Shown here piece after piece: positions 1-10,900 of a stretch of 64,000 bases of DNA. Origin of the DNA: Lytechinus pictus (Eukaryota); assembly GCF_037042905.1 (NCBI RefSeq), contig NC_087249.1:7380001-7444000 (forward strand), given 5' to 3'. Both the position numbers and the translations under genes were made by a program. The notes beneath the pieces were generated by a model, which was not told the DNA's origin, searched no databases, and saw nothing but the letters and a program-made list of their open reading frames with translations. Numbering within the stretch: the stretch's first letter is position 1; every line of letters begins with the position of its first letter.

Positions 1-399
1 AAGAATAAAAAATTGGGACTCATTTGCATATGTAGGTGTAAGAAAATACAATATGTTGAAATAAAATAATAGGAATAAAAGTTTGCTGAGTAATGGCGAT
101 AAATAATAATAAGATGACAGTAATACAGGACGTTACTAAAGACGCAAAAGAAAACAAAGACATGGCGAAGAATAGAAGGGAGAGAGAAGGAATAAAGTAC
201 TGAAGGGGAGCGAGAGAAGAAGAGACTGAAGGGGCAAAGAGACAGAAAGAGAGAGAGACACACACACACACATACACTTATGGATATGTAGAGAGAAATG
301 TGAGAGAGAGAGAGAGGGGGGGGGGCAAGAAGGGGGGTGCAAACGCCCGGTGCAAACGTGAATCAAAGAGAGTGTGACTTAATAGCGTACTTAGACGAT

Positions 400-1105
400 A
401 CTAAAATTATACAATCTAATTAATTACTTTACAAATATTTTGAGTTTTCTCTTAAAGAAGTGGATGGAGGGGGCCTGTGAAATATCTTTATGGAGGGAAT
501 TCCAAAACTATGGGCCTGTGAAAATAAAAAGTATCTTGAGCAAAACGAGTTCTTAGCATAGGTAGATGAAAGTTATCGGCGTGTCTGGTAGGATATCTGT
601 GATAATTGTTATTTTGAAGAAGAAAAAAACACATCATGAAATGCAGAAGGAACCATATTATTTTGATACATGTACATATTCCTAGCTGGAATTGGTATAA
701 GTCTTGAATTTTCAAAATTTTATAAACAAGGAAATGCGGATCAGTGTGAGAACGGGGATGTGAGAATGAACTAATACTAAGGGATTTCTTTTGTAATAAT
801 AATATTTTGTTAAGTTAATTTGGTGTGTGTTGCCCCAAACAAGGATCCCATAGTTGTATGGTAATATAAGAGAAGAATATAATGTAAGTAGAGAAATAAC
901 AGGAATCAATGTTTTAACCTATTTATAATGCCTATATTACGAGATATTGTTTTTCAAATATTATCAATATCGCATTTCCGGGAGAGTTTGTTATCTACAT
1001 GAACACCCAAAAAATTAATTGACGAGACACTTTCCAACTGAAAAATACAAATGTCAAAAGGCAACGAATCTATAGTATTACTGAATAAAATGTATTTAGT
1101 TTTTT
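400..1105 (-). mobile_element. Degenerate 3' fragment of an L2/Crack/Daphne-group LINE (RT C-terminus)
   Basis: Broken frames LYSSLILPY..YGILVWGNTH, KIQDLYQFQLG, HRYPTRHADNFHLP; same family as the copy at 59943-60305. Boundaries approximate. Confidence 0.8.
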
Positions 1106-1112
1106 GACATGG

Positions 1113-1352
1113 TGGGTCGGCTGTGGTGAAGCGCCCGCCTCATGAACGGAAGGTCGTAGGTTCGATCCCCTGCCGAGTCATACCAAACCAAAGGCTTTCA
1201 AAATGAGACCTTCGCCCTGCTTGTCAGGCGCTCGACGTATGAGAATGGAGAAGGATGATGATAACATATCATGCATGCAGGGCCCGCTGGAAGCTAACAG
1301 TTGAGTGGCTACCCAGGGTCAATAAGAGTTATTATTATTTTTATTATTATAA
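1113..1352 (+). mobile_element. tRNA-derived SINE
   Basis: A-box-like TGTGGTGAAGCG, B-box GGTTCGATCCC, central GTCATACCAAA..AAAATG domain, (TTA)n tail; related to 45820-46200. Confidence 0.75.
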
Positions 1353-1894
1353 TTGATATTGTTAGCTCTGATCCAATTCAAATTTTTTAGTTAATTCAGA
1401 CTAAAATAATAAGACTAGAAAGGCCACTGGAAGACCAGCTAACAGTTGAAGTGGCTACCCTGGGTCAATAAGAGTTATTATTATTTTTATTATTATAATT
1501 ATTATTATAATTGATAATGTTAGCTCTGATCCAATTCAAATTTTTTAGTTAATTCAGACTAAAATAATAAGACTAGAAAGTTACTCTGATGAACAACACA
1601 AGAAGACTTAGGAGTCAAAAAGTTGCAGGGGGCAATATTTTAACATTTGCCCCTGGCGTCAAAGAATAATAAGACTAGAAAGGCCACTGGAAGAACAGCT
1701 AACAGTTGAAGTGGCTACCCTGGGTCAATAAGAGTTATTATTATTTTTATTATTATAATTATTATTATAATTGATAATGTTAGCTCTGATCCAATTCAAA
1801 TTTTTTTAGTTAATTCAGACTAAAATAATAAGACTAGAAAGTTACTCTGATGAACAACACAAGAAGACTTAGGAGTCAAAAAGTTGCAGGGGGC
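1283..1894. repeat. Recent local tandem duplication (about 230 bp x2 plus a partial copy)
   Basis: About 1405-1633 and 1665-1894 are nearly identical; 1283-1420 is a third partial copy that includes the SINE tail. Confidence 0.85.
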
Positions 1895-1928
1895 ACGATT
1901 TTCAAGAATAATTGGAACTAAAACTTAC

Positions 1929-1986
1929 CTCATAAGCATTCGCAGGCCAAATAGAAGAACTCGCTCGAGACAGATACGTGGTTTCA
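1929..1986 (-). CDS. Gene A coding exon 10
   Basis: gttacag|(H)ETTYLSRASSSIWPANAYE|gtaagt; 58 nt, the same length as the homologous gene B exon. Confidence 0.92.
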
Positions 1987-4900
1987 CTGTAACGATGAAT
2001 GAAAGATGATCATTGTAGCATACGATATAGCCAAACATGATGAATTCATGAACTCAGTACTGCAAATAATGTTAAGTTCAATTAGAATTCGACGCTTTTA
2101 TGTCCCGTTTAAAATCCCAAAATTTCTACGACGTTCCAACACGATTTTCTCCGTTATCCATATAGGCTTACCCGATTTCCAATTCGACATCAAAAAGCTA
2201 CTGTCTGTACCTAAAACAATAAAACAAAATGGGGGAGAGAAGGGCAAAAACTACTTACTGACACGCAATAGGGCAGTTACATCCTAGTTCGCCTTCTGCC
2301 TGCTCCCATTCTATATCGGCCATGCATTGGGTTTCTGTGAATAAAGTATGAACAATGCATATATTAAAAATGACAATGCAAGACCCAGGAAAAATTACGC
2401 CATGTTTAAAATAAAATCTAGATAGCTCATGTCCGACAGTATAGTAAAATTTTCCAACCATGCCCCCCGATGCTTCGCGATGTACGCTCAGTGGTTTTAG
2501 TTTTAAAGATAGCAAACAGTGCAATGCACTTTCACTTAAAATACTTTCTCACCTACTAAAAAAATGTATTATACATGTATGAGCATGTGGATCAAGGTTC
2601 TTCATTCGAGAGAGATCAATGAAATATTTAAGATTATTATTTGTGATTGCGAGACTCAAGAGCAATATATCACAATGATTTACCTATCGTACTGCAATAT
2701 ATTTAGATTTTATTCATTTTCGTTCAACAAAATGAACAAAATACAATCGAAGTACTATTATTATTCAAAATAACACAGACATTTCAACGATATTACATTA
2801 ACAAATATTGAAGATAAATTACACAGGAACCAAAGTGAGCTGCAATTATTTTTGCTATAAAAAGTATATGGAACAGAACGGGGGGACTTTGTGCCAAGAA
2901 AAGCGGCAAAGCTTGTATGAAAGGCAAGTCCCTAACTTTAGTTTCAATACCTGATTAACAAAACTATTATTATTAACCATCTTGGTTTTGAAGGCCTGAT
3001 GAGTGAATTCAGAGACAAGAAGCATAAATACTCTTTCTTCGTGATGTAATGGTCAAGGGGGTGTTTCATCAACATTTGCCTTCCGACAACTTGTCAGGAG
3101 CCCGTTGCAGAAAGAGTTGCGATCAAACGCAACTAAAAAAAATCTTGCGTAACTTGATTTTTAGCCAATGAAGCACCCGTATTCGAGACTTGCGCTTGAT
3201 ATTTTGACTTGCGTTTTTAAACGAAACTCTTTCTGCAACATGCCCCAGACTGACAACTTTTCTTGGTTTTGATTGGCAGAGAAGCACACTTCTTATGGTG
3301 ACTGTCGGCTAAAACAGGAGTTGTCTGATAAAACGTCTTACAAGTCCTTTTAAGCATGGGCGGAAATCCCAGGGGACAGGGGGGACGCGCTCCCCTACCA
3401 TGTGGAAAGGGGGGGGGGGGACAAAATATCAACTGTCCCCCTTTGTGAAAATGTATGCCCCCCCCCCTTTGAATGAAGAGTGATAACTTTTTTTCTTGTC
3501 AAATTTATTTTAGACAAAATGACCTTACATTTTGGGTGATAAACTTTTTTTTTTGCGTGTCAAATTTTCCGGGGGAAAATGTGCACCCCCCTCTTTTGGA
3601 AAATCTTGAATCGGCCCCTGGTCCCCCCCCCCCTACCATTGGGAAGGGATTTCAGCCCACGCTTTTAAGAAACACTTCTCTGGTCTCTAGACCAAGCCCC
3701 CCCCCCCCCTTTCCGAAACACCCCTTCCCATTTTTACAAAAATGAATAAAGGCCTACTGATAAATTGTCACATTATTATCTTGTACATCATAACTATCAT
3801 AGAATTTCCAGAATAACTGATCGATTTTTAATTGTGCACTCGATTCGGGCTCGGGGCAAGCACTGAAATCGCATTTCTTCCAACAGCTCATACCTTGTAC
3901 AAGACAGTACTTATAATCGCCCTTTCCAACATTTAACACCTTCGGCAAGCACTAACATCGGACCCCTTTCTACTTTTGACGCCTGTTGATTCTTTTGCTG
4001 ACCGTTTAATTTCACCCCCTTATTCGTATGTGAAACTAGCCCTAGGGCCCTGGGAACGATTTTTTTGTCTGGGGTGCTAAAGTAAATTCGACAAGCAAAA
4101 AAGTTGTTTCACTACAATATAAGTTGGTTTCGGTCAAGAGAAATTTGATAAGCAAAAAAAAAAAGGGTTTCCTACAAAATGTCGTTCATTGTGGTTACAT
4201 TTCTTCCATTTATCATGCCTACCGGATTTTCAGGGGGTCAGGGGGTGCTGCCTATGGAAAATAACACACGAAGGACCCCCCCCCCCCCAGCACCCCCGCC
4301 TCCCAGGGCCATGGCTAACCCCTCCCTTTACGTTGCTGATCGTATTGCAGGGTATTATGCTTACCTACGGGACTTGTATATTCACATGGATAGATAGTTC
4401 TGTTGACGTTAAGAGAGTTGAGATATGAAGCATCAAAACATCCACATCTTCTTATCACCTCGTTTTGGTAGCAGCTAACCTCACACGTCTGAACAAAAAA
4501 AAATAAGAACAGAAATATATCAAAATCGAATCTTGAAATAACCGGGAGGGCAACCGGTGTAATACAGTGCGAGTCAGAAAATGCCACACTTCTTAAATTA
4601 AGTATTTTTAAAAGAAAATGTGAGATCCAAAGATAATTTTTAGCATGTATGGATAGTGTAAATGTTCCTTTGACACTTGGTTATTTTTTTTCAGTGTTTT
4701 TGTTATGGTTGAGTACACAACAGCCACTGTTTGAAAAAGTGTCAAAACACATTTGCGCCAAGTCAAGTCATTACGATAGAGGGCGCTCTGAGGTGTTACG
4801 ACACCATTTTAGTACCCTCCTGGAAACCTAACTAAAATCGGAATAAATCTTCGTTAAGAGGTAAATATTTTTGTCTATACTGGAGCTTTGTTAAAGAACT

Positions 4901-7900
4901 AGATTTGAGCATTTATATTGTGACATTTGGTGTATCATTTGATTAATTCTGAACCTGATATTTGGAATTAACTTTTGAACGCTTACACTATGTATGCTAG
5001 CAAGATAGAGCCACGCCCAGAATCATTCCTACCGAAGGGACCTAAACCCGTTTTCCTTCGTGCAGACGATGTGAGGAATGCAGAGGATAGGGCTCTCTCG
5101 TCGGAGGAACTATACATTTATCTGTCAAAAGTTGTTTCTACCGAAAACATTACAGGAATTCAACAGATACGCCGACTATGGAGAGTTTATCTCAACTCAC
5201 ACGACGATCGGGTGAAGCTCATTGCGGATGGTCTACCCATTCGAGGGGCGATAACCCCCATCTATGATGTAAATCCATTCACGAGACTGAGAGATGAAAA
5301 CCTTACAAGAATCATCATCAAGGACATCCCCCTATCAGTCGGCGATGACCTCATCAAAGCTGAGCTCCAGGCTATGAAATGCGACATACAAGGGGACATT
5401 CTGCGCCAAAAAACTACGAGTTAATGGGCAGTTAACATCATGCCTGAATGGTGACAGAGTCCTGCACATCAGCCATCCAACAAAGCCCCTCCCCAGAAAG
5501 ATGACATTCGGGGGTATCTTCATGGGGCGAGTCTACCACAATGGGCAACCTGAGCAACCAAGAGAGAATGCGACATGTTCCAGGTGTCTCCAGGTGGGTC
5601 ATCACTCGTCCAGGTGCATCGGAGAGCTGATATGCAGATACTGCAAGAAACCAGGGCACGTACAAAGTCAATGCCAGCAAAACGAGAAAGTGTCACGAAA
5701 CGCCCGGGATACCGCAACAGTCATCCTAGATGTTGTCGATCAACCGAGATCAGTCGACATGGAGAAAGCGAAACATGTTGAAAAGAAACGCCAAGCAACA
5801 CTCGCGGACTTCCTGCGTCAACAACCTTCGCTCCCCATGAATGATCATCGTGAGAAAGCGTCTGTCGATACCGTTGCTACGTATGCATCCGACTCCGCAA
5901 TTCAATATGTTGGCTCGCAAGCGGCAAGAAAGATACCGAAGAATAAGAAAAGTGAAAACAATCAAAGGTGCAATGATGGAAATAGCGCTGATGATGAAAG
6001 TGAAAGTGATCAATCCATCGTATCACCTGAAAGCCCACCAGTAGGGTCAACTGGCAACAAATCCACAGTAAAGCCTGTAAAGCGGAAGCAAAAAGCAAAG
6101 AAACCAAAACACAAGTAAAGCTTGTTAATGATAAGATTGAAAATCAATGGAGTAACAAATTTGCACAGTGGATTCACCTATGCACTTTGTCTCATTGAAT
6201 GTTCGAGGAATAAGAAATAAACAAAAAAGAAATAAAATATGGTTATGGTTTAGACAACAAAAAAGTGATGTAATATTTCTTCAGGAAACTTTTTTGTCAA
6301 AGGATCTTGAAAAGACTATATATGCAGAATGGAATGGACCGTGTTATTTTAACCATGGCACCCATCATTCATGCGGAGTTGCTATACTTGTCCGAAAAAA
6401 GGTAAACATAAATATTGTAAATGTTCACCACAAACACGATGGAAGAATTATTGCAGTACGTTTTATTATTGATGAAAATAAATACTTATGCCTCAATGTA
6501 TATGCACCAACAAAAAAGAACGAAAAGAACAAATTTTATAAAATGCTTCATGTTTGGTTAAAAGATGTAAAAAATGAAGATGATATAATTATTGCAGGTG
6601 GTGACTGGAATATAGTTCAGAATAAAAAGGTAGATACCTGTGGAATGTCATATACGCATTCAAAAAATGAAGTCTTTAATTTTTTTCAGCAAAACAACAA
6701 TTTGAGTGATATTTGGAGACAATTTCATCCGTCAAAAAAACAGTTCACCTGGAGACAGATGTCTTTAGGTATCTTTTCACGTCTAGATTATTGGTTGATA
6801 GCAAAACATTTAACTTGTAAGGTACACTCCACAGATATCAGGCCAGCATTGAAATGCGATCATAACGCTATTTCTCTTAAACTGAAAATGTGTAAACAAA
6901 ATAGGGGTAAAGGGTATTGGAAAATAAATAACTCTCTTCTAAATGATGAGAAGTACATTGCTGAGATAAAATGTGTTATACAGAAAGTAAAAGCAGAATA
7001 TTCATATTTAAATGATCAACTGAGATGGGAAATGTGTAAGATAAAAATTAAAGAATTAAGTATTAAATATTCTAAAGATAAACAAATTAGAAATAAAATG
7101 TACTATTCCAAATTGGAAAAGGAATATACAGAAATTTGTGAGAAAATTGATGTCAGTTCAAATGTACGAGATATTGAAGAGATGGAAAAAATAAAATATG
7201 AGTTAGATGCCTGGTATAAATATAAATGTAAAGGTGCGTTTGTGAGATCTAGGGATAAATGGCTAGAGCATGGTGAAAAGTGCACGAAATATTTTTTACA
7301 GTTGGAAAAAAGAAGAAGTGTTAAAAAAGAAATAAATTGTGTAGAAATTAAAGGTAAAATAGTACATGACGGTAAAAAAGTTTTAGAACATATATTAGAT
7401 TATTATGAAAATCTGTATAAAGAGGATTGCAATCAAGATCAAGAGTTCGATGAATATTTTACAGGATTAAAATTAAACACTTTATCAGAAGAGCAAGCAA
7501 ATTTATGTGAAGGTTTATTAACGGAAAGGGAGTGTTTTTATATACTCATGTCAATAAACACGAACAAAGCCCCAGGTAGCGATGGCCTGAGTGCAGAGTT
7601 TTACAGGTGCTTTTGGAATGATTTAAAAGATATGTTAATTAGTAGTTTAAATACTGGTTATGAGGAGAAAAAAATGTCATCCTCCCAAAGTCAAGCTGTT
7701 CTCACATTGTTATATAAAAAGGGTAATAAAGCTTTATTAGAAAATTGGAGACCAATATCACTCCTTAACATTGATTATAAAATAGCTGCAGGTGCATTGG
7801 CAAAAAGAATGAAACAAATTATTCCGCATATTATTTCGGATGATCAATCGGGATTTAGGAAACATAGGTCGGCTTTAGAGAATGTGCGACTTGTACAAGA

Positions 7901-10900
7901 CGTTATTGACTATTGTAAAATGAATAATCAATCAGGTGTTATCATGTACATAGATTTTCAAAAAGCGTTTGATAACGTTAGACACGATTTTCTGTTCACT
8001 ACTTTACGTAAGATGCAATTTAAAGAGTAATTTATTCATTGGATACAAACGTTTTACACAAATGCAAATGGTAATGTCTTGAACAATGGTTGGTTGTCAC
8101 AAAAATTTTATTTTAATCGAGGTGTAAGGCAGGGATGCCCGTTGTCGGCTCTATTGTTCTTGGTAATTTCTGAAATATTAGCTCAAAAAATTAAACAAAA
8201 TCCATTGATTACAGGTATAGCTGTACCAACTAAAGAAATATCTCTAGCCCAGTACGCCGATGATACTATAGTATTCGCCAATGGAACAAATTCTGTACAA
8301 AATATAATGACTGAGATTAATAGATTTGGAAATATAGCAGGGCCGAAAGTTAATTGGTCTAAATCGAAAATAATGAAGTTAGATGAAAATATAGAGTTAA
8401 ATGACCTAAAATGCACGGTCGATCCAGTAAAATGTCTTGGAATATATGTTGGTAAAAACCATGTTGATGTAGAAAAAAGAAATTGGGAAGGGAGACTTGG
8501 AAAAGTCGAAAATATACTTAATTTATGGAAAATGAGAAATCTGACTTACTTTGGAAAAATATCTGTCATTAAGATTTTAATAGCATCACAATTTGTTTAT
8601 GTTGCTTCGGCAGTTCCTGTGCCCGATTACATTTCAAAGGCATTGAATAAAAAATTATATACATTTTTATGGAATTCCAAAAAGAAATAAAGTTAAGAGA
8701 AATGTATGTTTAAACAAAGAAATTGATGGTGGATTAAACATGGTTGATATGAAAGCCAAATTTTCATCTCTTCGATTAGCATGGATTTATAAATATATGG
8801 ATGAAATAAAGGGAGCATGGAAAACTCTTTTTACCTATTGGACAAATAAGATTGGTGGTTTTCCATTATGTTTACATTATAATTGTAATAGTGTAGACAT
8901 TGTTAATTTAGGGAAAAGGTATAATCTACCCTCCTTTTATATCGATTTTCTATATGTTTGGGCAAATTTGAGATACCAGAATTTTTTAAAAATTACTGAT
9001 ATTCCAAAACAAGTTTTATGGAATAACAGTAATATAAAAATACAAATGAAACACTAAATTTTAATAAATGGAGGAAATCTGGTGTATTGATGGTAAATCA
9101 TGTAATAAAAGAAGGTAAATGGAAAAACCTCAATACGGTATTTGATGATTTTGAAAACAGAAAATTATTATACAATTTTGAACTACAAAAGTTGAAGAAA
9201 GCATTTCCCAACACCTGGCTGGAAAATAGATCAAATGCACAACAAAAGGAAATAACGATTATACCTAATCTTATTGAAATATCAAATGGTGATTTAATTG
9301 ATGTAAATATATTGAAAGCTAGGCATTATTATCATTATTATTTAGAACATAACAAAACAGAAGCATCTTTCTTTATGTTTTGGCAAAATTATTTGGGACT
9401 TCAGATAGAAATTAATTGGGACAAAGTCCTGTATTTTAAACTTAGACAAATAAAAGATAACAAGGTTAGAGAATTTAATTTTAAGCTCCTGCATAAAATA
9501 CTTCCGTCCCAATCAAATTTATTTAAATGGAGTTTAAAAAATGATGATAAATGTAATCTTTGTTTACTTAAGGGAACAATTATGCATATGTTGATAAAAT
9601 GTGAGAATATAAAACCTCTATGGAAAATGGTAGAAGACACAATTCTTTCTGTTTCTAAAGTACAGGTCTGTGTTAATGAAAATATAGTAATTTTAGGTTG
9701 GAATATACAAGAACCGAAATACTGGTTTAATTAATATCATTTTGAATTTTACTCAATACACCATTTACAGAAATTATATTGAAACGAGTATGAAAAAAGG
9801 TTATTACTTTGTTAATGTAAATAGATTATGGATGAATTTGAAAATGAAACTGAGATGGTATTTAAGTTCAAAATATGTTACCAAAAATAAGAATACAAAA
9901 GAAATTGACAAATTGCTGGAACTCATTTATTGATTGATTAATTTGATTACTGTATATACTTTGTGATATGTAAACGGTATTATAGAGATGTAAATAAAGT
10001 CCCTCGAAAGAGGTTTAAAGAGAAAAAAAAAGTCAGGTGATTACCTGCTGAAACAGAGACAAAAGCATTCACGCAAAACAATGAGTGTAAATATTATGCG
10101 TATGTTTATGAATCAAGAAAAAATAAACAAGAGAACCAGTATATCAATAAATTATCTTCTCTGAAAACTTCCTTTTCATTGTCATTTTGGCAACAACTTG
10201 GACAAAGCTTCCCGCCTTCAATCTTCCACATGTTGCTCTGATGATGCGCTGCTGCAAGTCATCCAGATCTGCAGGTGGGGTGCTGTACACTTTTGACTTC
10301 AGTTACCCCCAGACGTAGACAGGTAGACACTTCGCAGTGCCAAGGCAGCAATGATCCATCGAGCTCAGAAGTGCGGAGAGAAATGGACAACATGTGGAAG
10401 CTTGAAGGCGGGAAGCTTTGTCAAAGTTGTGGCCAAAATGACAATGAAAAGAAACTTTTCAGTGAAGATAATTTACTGGTTCTCTTGTTTATTTTTCTTG
10501 ATTAATTAACATACGCATAACATTTACGCTCAATGTTTTTGTGAATGCTTTTGTCTCTGTTTCATCAGATAATCACTTGACTTGGCGCAAATGGGTTTCG
10601 ACACTTTTTCAAACAGTGGCTGTTGTGCACTCAACCATAACAACACTGAAACAAAGTTTACCAAGTGACAAAGGAATATTTACTTTATCTTTACATAGTT
10701 ATATGCTAAAAATTCTCTCTGAATCCCACATTTTCTTTTGAAAATACTTAATTTAAGAAGTGTAACATTTTTTCTGACTCGCACTGTAGAACTACTTTTT
10801 ATTTGGCGAAAGTATCTCGCTATGTTGACACATAACTTGTTATATGTCGACTTGTATCTCGCTCTGTTGACACAAAACTTGTTATATGTCGACTTGTATC

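Larger units (their letters stand above)
4766..10029 (+). mobile_element. Full-length Tx1-type (L1 group) non-LTR retrotransposon, antisense within gene A intron 7
   Basis: 5'UTR, ORF1 with two CCHC knuckles, ORF2 with APE endonuclease, RT and C-terminal zinc finger, AATAAA (9993-9998), short poly(A), TSD AAGTCA (4760-4765/10030-10035, extendable to 15 bp with 2 mismatches). Confidence 0.92.
4565..10786. mobile_element. Foldback Tc1/mariner-type MITE (about 950 bp, about 400-bp inverted arms), split by the Tx1 LINE
   Basis: TA|CAGTGCGAGTCAGAAAA...TTTTCTGACTCGCACTG|TA. Left arm (4565-4765 + 10036-~10235) is the reverse complement of the right arm (~10388-10786). Confidence 0.88.

Noticed and set aside
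4775..4841. Canonical HDV-like ribozyme call at the Tx1 5' end
   Set aside because: CCUCC and CUAA motifs are suggestive, but P3, P1' and P1.1 cannot be placed in the required order; kept only as an unassigned structure.
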